DNA of 64,000 nt from an uncultured delta proteobacterium (GTDB lineage: Bacteria; Myxococcota_A; Polyangia; Polyangiales; Polyangiaceae): NCBI GenBank assembly GCA_963806225.1, contig CAWDXG010000004.1, positions 256,001 to 320,000 of the forward strand, given 5' to 3'. Below the pieces are notes generated by a model. It was given only the letters and a program-made list of their open reading frames with translations. It did no database searches and was not told the DNA's origin. Below, piece by piece: positions 29,387 to 41,473 of the stretch (position 1 is its first letter; each line of letters begins with the position of its first letter). A program made the translations under genes and the position numbers.

Positions 29387-31364
29387 ATGGTCGAGGGGCC
29401 CACGGAGGAGTGGCTGGCGCGCGACGCCAGAAGGAGGCGGCGCTTCCGCCGCTGGGCGCTGTTCGGCGCGCTGGCACTGATTGTGGGGGCCCTGGCGGCA
29501 GCCAGCTCGTTCATGGTCGCCCAGGCCCACCGGGCCGCCATCGCCTGCTCCAACCGCTTCTACGATCATCCGTCCGCGGAAACCTCGTGCCGCGCAGCCC
29601 ATGCGTGGCTGCTCATCCCGCGGCTGGTACCGTGGCAGCGCAAGGCGGCGCTGGCCGAGCTCGGGAGAGTGGAGTGGAACGAGGCGTTGCGCGCTCTCGA
29701 CTACAGCACCAGCGTTGCTCCCGACGAAAAGCGGTTGCATCGAGCAGCGCGGTCGCTGGCCGCACTCCACAAGAACGAACCCACGTGGAAAAGTGGTCGG
29801 AAACCGTCGGTCCTGTTCGAGCTTCGCAACGTTGGCGCGAACGCGGAAATCATCCGCTACGCCGCGCTGGCTCGCGACATATCCAGCCGGCGCCAGGTGC
29901 TCCGGGCCATGCTGACGCGCGGCGATCTCCGCGGCCGCCGCCGCCTTCGCGGAGAAGACCGACGGAGTCGACGACACCAACTACGCGGCGAGAAGGCTGC
30001 ACCTCGAGGGCGGCGCCGTGCTCTGCCTCACCGGGAAGACGAAGGCCGGCCTGGCCGCGCTCGGGCGCGCCGAGACGATCCACCACCACTTCCACACCTT
30101 CCCGTTTCGCGAGGCGCGCCTCGCGCGCGCGGCGTGCGGCGAACAGGTCGATCCCGATCCCTCTGCGCTGGACGCGTCGGACCTCTGCTCCTTCCAGCTC
30201 GGCGGAAAGCTCTCGGGGCGGCGCCTCGAAGATCGCGTCCTGGGTCGGGCACAGGCCCACCGGATACCGCCGGGTGCTGCCGTGCCTTTCGTCGCCGAAG
30301 CTATCGCCGAGCGCGAGCACACGGTTCGCGAGCTGCTGGAGCTGACCGCTGCGCTCCTTCCCGGCTTTCCCGGCAGGTCGGTGCTGAGCCCGTGGCTCGC
30401 GGAGGAGCTTTCCTCCATCGGCGCTCCGGATCCCTCCCGCGACGAGAAGGCAGCCGAGCAACTCGAAAGCGCCGCTGCCAGTACGCAGCCCCGGGTCGAT
30501 GGGGGCGGCGCGTCGCCCGCTGCCCCGACGCTGCCCGACGACGATCTCGATGCCGGAGTCCAGCGCCGCGCCTACAAGCTGCGCGGGAGCCCGTCGACTT
30601 CGCTGAAGTGGGCAGCCTGGGGATTCTGGATCGAGGCCACGCGCATCCGCGGCTACCAGCGCCAGGGGAAACAGGCCCTCGCCGATGCGCGCCACGCGCT
30701 CGCGCTGCGCCCGGGCGCCGACACGCTCGCCCGCGTCGTGCCTGCGTTGATGCGCAGCGGGCAGCTGACAGCCACCCAATCCCTGTTGTCCGCATCGCAC
30801 GACACGGCCAAGCCCCTCGATCGCGCTGTCCTCGACCTGGCCCGCACCCTGATCGCCATGCACGAAAGACGCTGGCACGATGCCCGGGCGATCGCGCACA
30901 AGCTCCAGACGTTGGCATCGCTCGGCAATGCAGCGCGGTACCTGGAGCTCGCAGCGGCAGTGCTCGCGAAGGACGGCGCGCCGCTGCCGCGGCTGCAGGT
31001 GCCGCATGAGTCCGGAGATCCGCGTGTCCTGTGGGGCGACGTCTTCAATGCCACCACCGACCAGCGTGCGAGCGCCCGCTACCACATGCGCACGCTCAGC
31101 CTGTCGACGGAGGCCCGGCCTGCCGAGCTCCTGGTCCTCGGCCGCGCCGTCCAGAAGGGCAGCGTCGAGGTGTGGCTGGATCGCGAGCTATGGGGTGGCC
31201 CCGCCTACGGCAACTTCCTGCTCGCCATGCGCGCCCGGGCGGAAGCCGCCCGCTGGCGCGGCGACGCCGGAAGCGCGCAGCTCTGGAACCAGCGAGCCGC
31301 CCGCGTCGAAAAGCTCCTTCACAACCCCCGCCGACGTCTGCTCGCGAAGATTGCCGGGCTGTAG
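29387..31364 (+). pseudogene. Membrane-anchored helical-repeat hypothetical protein, frameshifted near 29930
   Basis: N-terminal TM in ORF 29387; coding-like sequence continues in the frame of ORF 30018-31364. Confidence 0.5.
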
Positions 31365-31368
31365 GGCG

Positions 31369-31710
31369 CTACATCGTCATCCGGATCCACGCCATGTAGC
31401 CGGCGTAGCCGAGCAGGGCGAGCAGCGCGATGCAGCCGATGACGACGAGCTTCAGGTGTCGGCGCGCGCCCATCGCCTTCATCGAACGATCGAGATCGAT
31501 GTCCAGATCCAGCTCGGGGGGCGGCGCCTCGGGCTCGAGCGCCGGCACGGGATCGGCGTCGGGACCGGAAATGCGCTGGACCACCGAGTGGCTGCCGGTC
31601 GATGGCGTGTGCAGATCGCTGGCCGCGATGCTGCTCGCCGTGGCGCTCGCGACCTCGTACTCGTTCGCGATCTCGACGCGCTGTTCGAGGGCCAGGAAGT
31701 CCAACCCCAT
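31369..31710 (-). CDS. Truncated membrane-protein C-terminus fused in frame to the repeat-encoded MGLDFLAL
   Basis: ATG at 31710 inside copy 3; C-terminal TM LVVIGCIALLALLGYAGYMAW. Confidence 0.5.
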   Translation of the reverse strand: MGLDFLALEQRVEIANEYEVASATASSIAASDLHTPSTGSHSVVQRISGPDADPVPALEPEAPPPELDLDIDLDRSMKAMGARRHLKLVVIGCIALLALLGYAGYMAWIRMTM

Positions 31711-31859
31711 TCCCGAAGTGTACGCCTGGCCGCACAGCCGGGACAGTGGAGCGGGGGTCAACGGCGCAGATCGGCGCGGACAGGCTGGTGGAAGGGCGTA
31801 ACCACCGGGAATCAGTGGACACAACGCCCAGACTGCGAAGTCGTCCCCGGGCTATGCTG
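31688..31859 (+). repeat. 172-bp array repeat, copy 3
   Basis: Variant CCGCACAGCC / GGCGCAGATC / GACACAACG. Confidence 0.97.
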
Positions 31860-31916
31860 GTCGCGGCCTTCGCGGGCTGCACGCTTGCAATGCTGCGCCT
31901 TTGCCGGGGCCGCCCC

Positions 31917-32400
31917 TCACAGCGGCTCGCTGCCGGGTGCAGGCCGCTCCGGCATCGCGTTCGCCCGATGGAAGGCGCGATCGAAGTCGCCGAGGGCCAC
32001 GGCCTTGAGCTGGAGCCTGCTGTGCGTCAATTCGACGATCTTGAACCAGCGGCCCCACGTGGCGCCCCCGGGCTCGACCGGCCAGCTCTTCTTGTCCGGA
32101 AGCACCCAGCCCTTCTTCCGGCGCTCCGCGCGCCATTCGGTGTCGGCGTCCTCCATGTCGAGCTCGCCCTTGGAGATGTCCCAATCCCCTTTCCACTCGT
32201 GCCACTCGTCGGGGACCCTGACGGGTTTGTCGTGCAGCATGACCTCCGAGTCGTAGCCCGGGATGCGCCGGACGAAGACGTATCGACCGTCCGCCGCGAA
32301 CTTCACGGCCTCGAGAACCGGAGTCGGGAAACCGTCTACCTTGACCTGGTCCCCCGGCAGCTCGTCGCGGGGATTCCAGGTGACCGTAGCTCTTGCCTTC
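31917..32400 (-). pseudogene. Hypothetical protein fragment
   Basis: Protein-like Trp-rich C-terminal region; N-terminus unclear. Confidence 0.35.
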
Positions 32401-32466
32401 GACAGCTGCGCGTCGGGCCGACCGCTTTCAATGGCGGACGGTTCGTCGCGTGTTGCGCTTCTGCAG

Positions 32467-32600
32467 GTGACCACGTCGAATGCCAAGAAGCTGTTGAACG
32501 ACGCGATGGAGCTTCCGACCGAAGATCGAGCGCGCCTTGCGGCTGCGTTGTTGGTCAGTCTCGACGTTGGCGAAGATGACGACGCGGACCGGGCTTGGTG
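32467..32600 (+). pseudogene. Addiction-module component (TIGR02574-like) fragment
   Basis: NAKKLLNDAMELPTEDRARLAAALLVSLD...DADRAW, then the similarity stops. Confidence 0.55.
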
Positions 32601-32693
32601 CACAGCGGGGTACGGCGCGCTGCGGTGCTGGAAGAGCAACGACGTGCAGCCGAGGCGCAGCTCGTCAAGCTGCACGCCCGCCAATACGACGGG

Positions 32694-35240
32694 CTACCGG
32701 TCGGCTGTGCCCCGGCGTCGCACGGTGCGGAGGCGCGCGACAGCAGCCAGCGCGACTACCAGCATCAGCAACAGCGCTGGGGACTCGCCACTTCGAGACG
32801 ATCGCACCTGGCGACAGCTGCAGCCACCGGTGGGAACCAGCTCGGGCGCATTTGGCGCGGCACCCGGGACTGATCCTTCGGGCGGGCCCGCGTCGGGCGT
32901 TTCCGAGCCGGCGTCAGCTGTGGGGTCGTAGGGTGGCAGCAAGCTCCGTGTGTACACGCGCGAAGCGCCCTGGTCGGGGCCGTCGTACGCGACGCGCACG
33001 CCCAGCGCCGGGTCGGCTGCCAGCGCGGGGAATGCGCCTTGGCCCAGCGGCAGCGGGCCTTCCATGAGGTGCCCGTCCGAGTCGAGCCGTGCCGCGAAGA
33101 GCTCGTACGGATCCGAGTCTTGGGATTCCCAAGCGATCACGACTCCGTCGGGCAGACCGACCGCCGCCACCCCGCCCACGGTCCCGTCCAGAGTGAACAC
33201 ACCCGGTTCGGCAATGGCTAGCGTGTCGTCCAGACGTACCGCCTGGAAACCCAGGAACGGCATTTCGGCAACGGGATATCCGAACACGATCCAGCTCGTC
33301 CCACTCCACGCCGCGGCGCTCGCTAGCAGCGGCACGTCGTCCCTGCTCGCTAGCTCGGAACCGTCGGCGGCGAGCAGGGACCAACCGCTTCGACCGGGAG
33401 CCACGTTGCCGGAAAGATCGAAGGGACCCACGCCGTACGACACCAGATACCGCTCGCCGTCCGAGGCCAACGCATCGACCCCAAGAACAAGACCGAGCCC
33501 TGGATAGGTAGGCACGTGCCAGCTGATCGGCGTTGCGACACCGCCCTGCAGTAGGGTCCCCGAGAGCAAGTAGTCGCCTCCTGCCGATGCGGCGAAGTCC
33601 CCCCAGCTGTCCGGTAGTGCCGTAGCGCTCTCGAGCTTTCCGGCGGCGCTGAAGCGGCGCGCGACGGAGCCCCAGACCACGGCATGGTCGCTGCCGTTCG
33701 AGCACGCGACGGGTCGGGCCATATTCACCGTGGGATCGAAAGCCGCTGCCGGCGGCTGTGTGGGTTGTCCTTGAGCGGCGAGCGGTTCCACGTAGACCAC
33801 GTCACCGACCGGTTCGGTCACGGAGCTCGGCCACGCCGCCAGCCAGCCCGCATCGGTTGCCGACAGCGTCGGTGCGCCCTCCTCTGCGGGACCGTCGGTG
33901 AGCAGCACCGTGATCGCCGTGCTGCCGTCTCCGGGCAGCAGCGTACCGTAGCAATTCCAACTCGTCGTCTCCTGAGGGACTTCCGCGGGCACGCACCACG
34001 CGACAAGTTGGTTGGCGGGTCCGGCCGAGTACTCCGAGTGGTGGTCCGCATAGTCGGAAAAGGGATCGTGCACCCATCCGGCGCCGAGCTGCACCGAGCC
34101 GTCCGCCGCGATCCGCGCGCTCCCGACTGTTGCGGCCGCGTAGCTGTCCCAGCGAGCCCAGGTGATGCCGGAGCCCGTGCCGTCCCAGGAGGTCGACGCA
34201 CCGGTATACGGCGGGACGGCACTTGCCACTGTCAGGGGAGGCGTGTCGAGCGCGTGGCCGTCCGGATCGATTCGCTGGGCAAGAACGGTGTTGCCATCGA
34301 CCCACGCCAATGTCGCGCCCCAGTCCGCGGCTGAAATCGTAGCCATGGTGGGTCCGCCGATGATCGGCGTCGAATCCACGAGTGCGCCTGCGGCATCGAT
34401 GTGGAGGACTTCCGCGGCACCCGGGGACGGCCACGCACGGGTCTCGACGAGCCAGCCGGAAGCAGTCGCCGCGCTGCCGAGCACTTCGATCTGCGCGCCG
34501 AGCACGAGCCCGTCGGGATCCAGCACGCTTCCGTCCTCGGCGACGCGCGCGGCGCGCACCCGGACCGAATTTATTCCCACGCCCTCTCTCCACGTGACCA
34601 GCGCGCCGTCTGCTCCGCTCGTCGCCGTGTCGAACTCGCCAATGTCCGTCTTCAGGGACGACACAGTCCCGACGCTGGCCACGAGCGCACCGTCGGCATC
34701 AAGTGTCGCGACGTAGAGATCCGGACCCTGCTTGCCTCTCCAGGTGACGAAGTAGCGACCGCCACCGTAGGTAGTCGTCATGTACAAGGCAGGATTGGCC
34801 GGACTCGACAGGATCAATCCTTGGCCGAGCGGCGCGCCGTCGGAGCCCAGCAGTTGGGCGTGTACTCCGGCGGCGTCGGACCACGTGAGCAGTGCGTGGT
34901 CGCCGTCCGATGCGAGCAGCGGGGGATCGCCTCCAACCTGGTCGACGGTTGTGGGGGACCCAAAGCGTGATATCGGTCCGAGCAATCCGTCGCCATTGAC
35001 GCGACGATCGGCGACTCCGACGTAGGCGTCATCCCACGCGACGATCCAACCGCTCCCCGAGCGTACTGCTTGGGGATGCCACTGGATGCCCATCGCAGCC
35101 CCACTCGGCGGCTGGTCGACTGGAATCGCCTCGCCGAGCGCAAGCGCAGATCTCGTCCGGGAAGCCGGCTCGGCCGTGGCGGGACCGCACGCAGCGCACA
35201 CGCTGCACGCAACGACGGCGCACCACCCGCGGACGCTCAT
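32694..35240 (-). CDS. Large secreted beta-rich protein with MYXO-CTERM anchor
   Basis: Signal/lipobox MSVRGWCAVVACSVCAAC; repeated LVTW...ARV.ADG motifs; GGCSCRQV...hydrophobic...RRR; frame stays open up into the ATG of copy 4 (35306). Confidence 0.8.
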   Translation of the reverse strand: MSVRGWCAVVACSVCAACGPATAEPASRTRSALALGEAIPVDQPPSGAAMGIQWHPQAVRSGSGWIVAWDDAYVGVADRRVNGDGLLGPISRFGSPTTVDQVGGDPPLLASDGDHALLTWSDAAGVHAQLLGSDGAPLGQGLILSSPANPALYMTTTYGGGRYFVTWRGKQGPDLYVATLDADGALVASVGTVSSLKTDIGEFDTATSGADGALVTWREGVGINSVRVRAARVAEDGSVLDPDGLVLGAQIEVLGSAATASGWLVETRAWPSPGAAEVLHIDAAGALVDSTPIIGGPTMATISAADWGATLAWVDGNTVLAQRIDPDGHALDTPPLTVASAVPPYTGASTSWDGTGSGITWARWDSYAAATVGSARIAADGSVQLGAGWVHDPFSDYADHHSEYSAGPANQLVAWCVPAEVPQETTSWNCYGTLLPGDGSTAITVLLTDGPAEEGAPTLSATDAGWLAAWPSSVTEPVGDVVYVEPLAAQGQPTQPPAAAFDPTVNMARPVACSNGSDHAVVWGSVARRFSAAGKLESATALPDSWGDFAASAGGDYLLSGTLLQGGVATPISWHVPTYPGLGLVLGVDALASDGERYLVSYGVGPFDLSGNVAPGRSGWSLLAADGSELASRDDVPLLASAAAWSGTSWIVFGYPVAEMPFLGFQAVRLDDTLAIAEPGVFTLDGTVGGVAAVGLPDGVVIAWESQDSDPYELFAARLDSDGHLMEGPLPLGQGAFPALAADPALGVRVAYDGPDQGASRVYTRSLLPPYDPTADAGSETPDAGPPEGSVPGAAPNAPELVPTGGCSCRQVRSSRSGESPALLLMLVVALAAVARLRTVRRRGTADR

Positions 35241-35283
35241 CCCTCCCAAGACTACCAGCGGCGTCAGGATCCCACAATCCGCG

Positions 35284-35455
35284 AGGGCCAGGAAGTCCAA
35301 CCCCATTCCCGAAGTGTACGCCTGGCCGCACAGCCGGGACAGTGGAGCGGGGGTCAACGGCGCAGATCGGCGCGGACAGGCTGGTGGAAGGGCGTAACCA
35401 CCGGGAATCAGTGGACACAACGCCCAGACTGCGAAGTCGTCCCCGGGCTATGCTG
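35284..35455 (+). repeat. 172-bp array repeat, copy 4
   Basis: Same variant as copy 3. Confidence 0.97.
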
Positions 35456-35682
35456 GAGAGTGATGTGGGGCAACCAGGAGCAACGAGCAGAGGGCGTTCA
35501 TCCTACCTACGCGCACGCTGCCGCTCGCGTTCATTTCGTAGCCTCGGATCTGGATGGGCTGCGATGTGCGGAAAGTCGACATGAGCCCGCCACCTAGCAC
35601 GGAAACAAGCAACCGGGGCAGTCTCCGATCCGATCCCACTGGAACGGTTGCAGCACGGAGACAGCGAGCGTTTCATCATGGG

Positions 35683-37745
35683 ATGCAACGCTCGCTACAA
35701 CGGGCTTTCCTCGTCCTGTGTTGGCTCGCCCCGCTGTGGCTGGCGGCCTGCTCGTCATCTCCTTCCGCCGGGGGCCACCACGGCAGCGGCGGAGCGGCGG
35801 AAGCGGTGGAAGCGGTGGAAGCGGCGGAACGCCGCCCGGTCCACCATATTCAGGACCGCCCGGCGCGTGGGTGAATCCGACTCCCGATCCGATCCCGCGC
35901 GCCTGGCCTAGCGCGCTCATGGAGATCGCAGCGGTCGACAACGTCACCCGCAACAAGTTGGTCGTGTTCCCGTTCGAGGGGCCTTCCCTCGAGATCTGGG
36001 ACTGGGACGGCACATCGGCAACGTTCAACGACCGGACTCCGGCGGCGTTGCCGGCGGGCTGGCCAGATGGCACCGGCAACCCCTATTTCTCCGCGTACGA
36101 TCCCACGCACAAGATGGCGGTCCTGTTCGGCGACGCGGACATCGACAAGAACAACACGTTGAGCCCCGCCACGGCCACCATCGAGTACGAGCCGGCGAGC
36201 GGGAAGCTCACGCCCGTAGCCTACGAGAATCCTCCGCTGTCATGGCCGCAGCCGGGCGATGTCCTCCAGATGTTCCATGACAGCACCCTGGGTGGCGTCA
36301 TGCTGGACAGCGGATTCCAGCTGTCCATCTGGGACCCCGCCCAGAAGACCTGGAAGAAGAGCACTGCGGTCGCCACACCACCCTCGAGCGTGGATATCTT
36401 CGGCGTTCGCGCCCACGACACGCAGCGGCGCAAGCTGTACAGCTTCGTGGCATCCGGCACCGCGATAAAGATCAGCGAGCTCGACATCGCTACCGGCACC
36501 TGGTCCGCACACGCTCCGGCGAGCTGCCCCGACGGCACCAATTTGTGGGACGCGACCTATGACCCCACGCGTGACCGCGTGGTCCTGACCACAGTCGACA
36601 CGTCGTCGGTGGCGGCGACGTTCGAGTGGGATCCCGTGAGCGGCATCGCCAAGGAGATCCCGGCGGCCAATCCCAGCGACCTGCCGAGTAGCTTCGTAAC
36701 CTCCACGGGCGTCAGCACGAACTTGTTCGACAAGGGCTCGGGGCACGTGACCGAGCTCATCATCCCGGATCGCAAGAGCGCGGACGACACCTACCTGGGC
36801 CAGGTCCTGACCTGGGACGGCGCGAAGTGGACGCGGCAGCGCGGAGCGCACCTCCAGCTGCCCTGGCTGGATCCGCCGAACATCGACTACCCGCTCTCGC
36901 TCGCGTACGACCCCGCAGCGCAGCGCAGCGTTTCCTTTGCGGTGTCGCGCGCGGGCGAGCCGATGGGCTCGACCCTGGACTGGGACGGCAAGGCATGGAG
37001 CGATATCACGTCCTCCGACCCGAAGCAGTCTCCTCCTGTCCGGGACACCACCGCAATGACGTACGACGCTTCCCGCAAGCGCATAGTGCTGTTCGGAGGC
37101 GTGGGGTCGGATTTCTCGCGCTTCAACGACCTCTGGGAATGCGACGTCGCGACAGGGCAATGGACGAATCGTACGCCCAACCCGCTGCCCGCGGAGTGGC
37201 CGACCGACGGCCCGGCGGCGCTGGTCTACGATCCCGCCACCAAGATGGTCCTGCTCGTGAACAACGACGCCGAGAGCACCTGGGGCTGGGACGACGCAAC
37301 GGGAAAGATGACGCGCCTGGTAGTGGGCGCGTACCCCTATGAACCCCTGGGGGCCGACACGTGGTCACTGGTCTACGACGCGCGGCGCAAGCTCCCGGTG
37401 CTGATCGACAGCGAGTCCCGGCTCCATCTCTGGACGTTCGACCGAACGCAAATGGAGTGGGCCCGGATCGAGCCGGCTCAAGGCTCCCAGTTCCCGATCA
37501 TCGCGGCGCGGGCCAGCGCGTACGATCCGGTGCGGGACGAGATCGTCGTGGCGGGCAGCGACGCGATCTGGGCGTTCAACCTGTCGACGAGCACGTGGTC
37601 CAACCAGACGCCGGCGCCGCTGCCCGCGTGGTGGCCGGACACCAACGTCATCGAACCCATGAACGGGGCGGACTACGACTCCGCGCGCGGTCGCTTCGTC
37701 CTCTTGTTGAGCAACGGGACGACGGTCGAACGCCCGTCGAAGTAA
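35683..37745 (+). CDS. Kelch/beta-propeller lipoprotein (frameshift near 35790)
   Basis: Lipobox LAAC in one frame, then GGSGGS linker and YD..R..VLFGG...W repeats in ORF 35718-37745. Confidence 0.7.
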
Positions 37746-37763
37746 CGCCTCCCCCTGCCGCGG

Positions 37764-38249
37764 CTACGTGCGGGGGACGCGGGCGCCACCTTCGGCCCGC
37801 CGCTTGCGGATATCGGCGACCAGCGACCTGAGCCCCAGCGCGGCGAGGACGAGCCCTCCCAGCAGAGGAAGGATGGCCGTCAGCTCCTGCGGCTCCATGA
37901 CCGCGTCAGCGGGGTCGGCCGGGTCGTAGCGGATGGTGATCTGCTTCTTCTCGCGAAGCTGGCGGGCCTTCGCCAGCGCTTCCGGCTTCTCGTCCCAGTC
38001 CGATCCGAGCTCGCCGGTGCGGAACTGGTTCTGGGAGTAGCGCTTGCCGTGAACGGTGTAGTGGTATCGCCTCCGGACTTCCCAGTACCAGGGGTTCGTG
38101 CCGGTCGCGGCGCTGAGAGTGTGGATTTGGACGACGTGCACGCTGTCGATGTGGGCCGGCGCGGTGGGCCACTTGCGCTGGATGATGGCCCACCTGAAAT
38201 AGACGATACCGACGATCGCCAGCGCGAGGGCCAGGAAGTCCAACCCCAT
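37764..38249 (-). CDS. DUF3592-like membrane protein, N-truncated and fused to the repeat ATG
   Basis: WPTAPAHI...YHYTVHGKRY...ITIRYDPADPADAV flanked by TMs; the start lies in copy 5. Confidence 0.7.
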   Translation of the reverse strand: MGLDFLALALAIVGIVYFRWAIIQRKWPTAPAHIDSVHVVQIHTLSAATGTNPWYWEVRRRYHYTVHGKRYSQNQFRTGELGSDWDEKPEALAKARQLREKKQITIRYDPADPADAVMEPQELTAILPLLGGLVLAALGLRSLVADIRKRRAEGGARVPRT

Positions 38250-38399
38250 TCCCGAAGTGTACGCCTGGCGGCAGAGCCGGGACAGTGGAGCGGGGGTCAA
38301 CGGCGCGGATCGGCGCGGACAGGCTGGTGGAAGGGCGTAACCACCGGGAATCAGTGGACATAACGCCCAGACTGCGAAGTCGTCCCCGGGCCTATGCTG
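38227..38399 (+). repeat. 172-bp array repeat, copy 5 (+1 C)
   Basis: ...CCCCGGGCCTATGCTG. Confidence 0.97.
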
Positions 38400-38896
38400 A
38401 CGAGGTGAAACAGCAGACGTTCGAGCTGCTCGCCAAGATGGAGCGCGAGCTGCAGGTGAACTTCCTGTCGCGCCGCTCGCCCGAGCTGAACCGGGTGATG
38501 AACGTCTACTCCTCGGTGCTGATGGACTTCATGCAGCAGCACCTGCCGCCGCGCGTGGAGCAGATGGCCAAGGTGACGATCCGCGCGGCAGAAACGGCGC
38601 GTCAGCCCAACAGCGTGGGCTACAAGGTGCTCGCCGATCGCTTCCCCGAGTTCCGCACGGAGTGGGAACGCCTGCTCATGCAGCAGATGGTCTACTACTG
38701 CGGCGACGAGCTGATGGCGCGGCTCAGGGGCGGCGAAGAGCACTTCCACGAAGAGACGGTGAAGTTCTTCACCGATCCGCACATTTTCAGCGAGACCTGC
38801 GGGGTGTTGTGCGACTCGCTGTACGACTTCCTGTGTCTGGAAGGCTTCCTCGACCTGCCCGTCGACTGGCGGGTGAAGCTGGGGCGCGAGGGCTAG
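38400..38896 (+). pseudogene. C-terminal fragment of a hypothetical protein starting at the repeat edge
   Basis: Strong coding bias begins immediately after TATGCTG (DEVKQQTFELL...) with no start codon or RBS. Confidence 0.65.
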
Positions 38897-38920
38897 CGGC
38901 GCTCGGCCTTCCGGCAGGCG

Positions 38921-41395
38921 CTAGCCGCAGCTGCCGTGGCAGGCGAAGCCGATCGGCCCGCCACACTCGCAGCAGTAGTTGCCGTTGCTGCAGGTGTAGC
39001 AGCAGCAGCCGGCGTGCCCGGCCATGTCGCAGTTCAGCGTCGAGCCGGCCGCGGGCGGGTCGCAGACCAGACAGCTCGAGCCACAGTGGTTCGGGTCGTC
39101 GTTCGCGTAGCAGCCGCCGCACTTTTCCGAGTAGTTCGACGGGTAGCAGCCGCCGCAGATCTTCTGCTCCGAGTCGAAGCAGGAGTAGTCGCAGCTGCCG
39201 CTCGCGCAGGTCGGATAGCCGTTGGAGGGCGCGCTGCACGACGAGCAACTCGACCCGCACGCGCTCACGTCGCCGGGCTGGGTGCAGCTCTGGTCGGGGC
39301 AGACCAGCGCGCTCTGCGCGCTGCAGCCACCGCCCTGGCAGGTCACCGCGGCCACGTAGTCGATCTCGTTGCCGCGGTTGTCCCAGTTGGATAGCTGCGT
39401 GTCGCAGATCAGCGCGTAGCGCATGCGCGCGTCCACCGTCACGGTGACATCGCCGAACGCGCTCGTCTGCGGCGGCGTGGCGCTGCCCACCTTGGTATAC
39501 GTCCCTGCCTGGTTGCCCTTCTGGTAGTCCTCGGTCGCGACCCAGACGCTGAGCGGCACCGCAACCGAGCAGCCGTTGAAGACGGTGGTGCACGACGACC
39601 CGCAGGCGCTCTGCACCGAGCGGGCGTGGATGCGCAGGCGCCGGACGTAGTCGACCGTGCCGAAGTCGACCTTCAGGCAGTTGTCCAGGCTGCGCGAGCA
39701 CGCATAGGTGTCCGGAATCGTCGCTCCGCTGTCGTCCTGCGCAAGCACACCGGATGCGTTGCACACGCAGGACGACGACTTGCCGCTGGCGGCGACGGGA
39801 GCCACCTCGACCACGCTCTCGTCCGTCTGGCCGTTGCAGTTGTTGTCGATGTTGTCGTCGCACAGCTCGGGCGCGCCCGGATAGGTCGTCGGGTCGGTGT
39901 CGTCGCAGTCGTCACCGCCCGTGGCCTGGGAGGCATGGCCGTCGCCGTCGCCGTCTGTCCCGTCGACGCCGTCGCAGTTCTCGTCGACGCCGTCGATACT
40001 GGTATCGGCAACTCCGGGGTGGATGGCCGGATCACCGTCGTTGCAGTCGGTGCCGCCCGAAGCCGTGGAAGCGTACCCGTCGCCATCGGCGTCCACGCCG
40101 TCGAGGCCATCACAGTTCTGGTCGACTCCGTCGCCCACCGTGTCGGTCGCGCCCGGGTAGGTGTTCGGATCGGAATCGTTGCAGTCGTCGCCGCCACTGG
40201 GCACCGACGCATGGCCGTCGCCATCGGCGTCCATGCCGTCGACGCCGTCGCAGTTCTCGTCCACGCCGTCGCCCACCGTGTCCGCCACGCCCGGATCGAT
40301 GTTCGGGTCGCCGTCGTTGCAGTCCGGACCGCCCGACGCCGCCGACGCATAGCCGTCCTTGTCCGCGTCGACGCCGTCCACGCCGTCGCAGTTCTGGTCC
40401 ACGCCGTCGCCTACGCTGTCCGGAGCGCCCGGATAGACCGTCGGGTCGTTGTCGTTGCAGTCGCTGCCGCCGGAGGCGGGAGCCAGCACGCCGTCGCCAT
40501 CAACGTCCACGCCGTCCACGCCGTCGCAGTTCTGGTCGACTCCGTCGCCCAGCGGATTGACCGCGCCGGGATGGACGCTGGCATCGAGGTCGTTGCAGTC
40601 GGTGCCTCCCGACGCCAACGACGCGTACCCGTCGCCGTCCGCATCCATGCCGTCCACGCCGTCGCAGTTCTCGTCCACGCCGTCGCCCACCGTGTCCGCC
40701 ACGCCCGGATGGATGTTCGGGTCGCCATCGTTGCAGTCCGGACCGCCCGACGCCGCCGACGCGTAGCCGTCGCCGTCCGCGTCGACGCCGTCCTTGCCGT
40801 CGCAGTTCTGGTCCACACCGTCGCCGAACGTGTCGGTAGCGCCGGGATAGGTCGCCGGATCGCCGTCGTTGCAGTCGTCGCCGCCCGATGCCTTGGACGC
40901 GTGGCCATCGCCGTCCGCGTCGGTGCCGTCCACGCCGTCGCAGTTCTCGTCCACGCCGTCGCCCACGGTATCCGGAACGCCAGGCTTGATGTTCGGGTCG
41001 TTGTCGTTGCAGTCGGTGCCGCCACTCTGCGTGCTCGCCACGCCGTCGCCGTCGTGGTCCACGCCGTCCACGCCGTCGCAGTTCTCGTCGACGCCGTTGC
41101 CGACCTGGTCGAAGTCGTCACCCCAGCAGTACGTGCCGCCGCTGCCGCCATTACCGCCGCTGCCGGCCGTGCCCGCGCTGCCGCCGCTGCCCGCACTCCC
41201 TCCGGTCCCCGCACCACTGCTGCCACCGCTTGCAGCCGAGCCGCCACTGCCGCCGCCAGCCCCTGCCCCACCAGCGCCGCTGCCGCCGGCTGCAGGGCTA
41301 CCGCCGCTGCCGCTCAGCTGCGTGCTCCCGCTCGACGAGCATCCTCCTACCACTACGGTCAGCGCAAACAGCGCACACACCGCCAGGCGCGTCAT
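38921..41395 (-). CDS. Lipoprotein with 9-10 MopE-like putative metal-binding repeats and a Cys-rich C-terminus
   Basis: Lipobox VGGC; ~40-aa (120-bp) repeats DADGDG..S..SGG.DCND.DP...PG..D..GDGVD.NCDG. Confidence 0.88.
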   Translation of the reverse strand: MTRLAVCALFALTVVVGGCSSSGSTQLSGSGGSPAAGGSGAGGAGAGGGSGGSAASGGSSGAGTGGSAGSGGSAGTAGSGGNGGSGGTYCWGDDFDQVGNGVDENCDGVDGVDHDGDGVASTQSGGTDCNDNDPNIKPGVPDTVGDGVDENCDGVDGTDADGDGHASKASGGDDCNDGDPATYPGATDTFGDGVDQNCDGKDGVDADGDGYASAASGGPDCNDGDPNIHPGVADTVGDGVDENCDGVDGMDADGDGYASLASGGTDCNDLDASVHPGAVNPLGDGVDQNCDGVDGVDVDGDGVLAPASGGSDCNDNDPTVYPGAPDSVGDGVDQNCDGVDGVDADKDGYASAASGGPDCNDGDPNIDPGVADTVGDGVDENCDGVDGMDADGDGHASVPSGGDDCNDSDPNTYPGATDTVGDGVDQNCDGLDGVDADGDGYASTASGGTDCNDGDPAIHPGVADTSIDGVDENCDGVDGTDGDGDGHASQATGGDDCDDTDPTTYPGAPELCDDNIDNNCNGQTDESVVEVAPVAASGKSSSCVCNASGVLAQDDSGATIPDTYACSRSLDNCLKVDFGTVDYVRRLRIHARSVQSACGSSCTTVFNGCSVAVPLSVWVATEDYQKGNQAGTYTKVGSATPPQTSAFGDVTVTVDARMRYALICDTQLSNWDNRGNEIDYVAAVTCQGGGCSAQSALVCPDQSCTQPGDVSACGSSCSSCSAPSNGYPTCASGSCDYSCFDSEQKICGGCYPSNYSEKCGGCYANDDPNHCGSSCLVCDPPAAGSTLNCDMAGHAGCCCYTCSNGNYCCECGGPIGFACHGSCG

Positions 41396-41473
41396 AAGCT
41401 ACCTCCAGCCCGGGCAGGATATCACGTCGAGTGCTGGAGCGCGTTGCGGGCCGGTTCTGCTAGCCTTTCCCGC

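Noticed and set aside
39830..41110. 120-bp tandem repeats as a DNA-level array
   Set aside because: Fully explained by in-frame protein repeats with synonymous variation.
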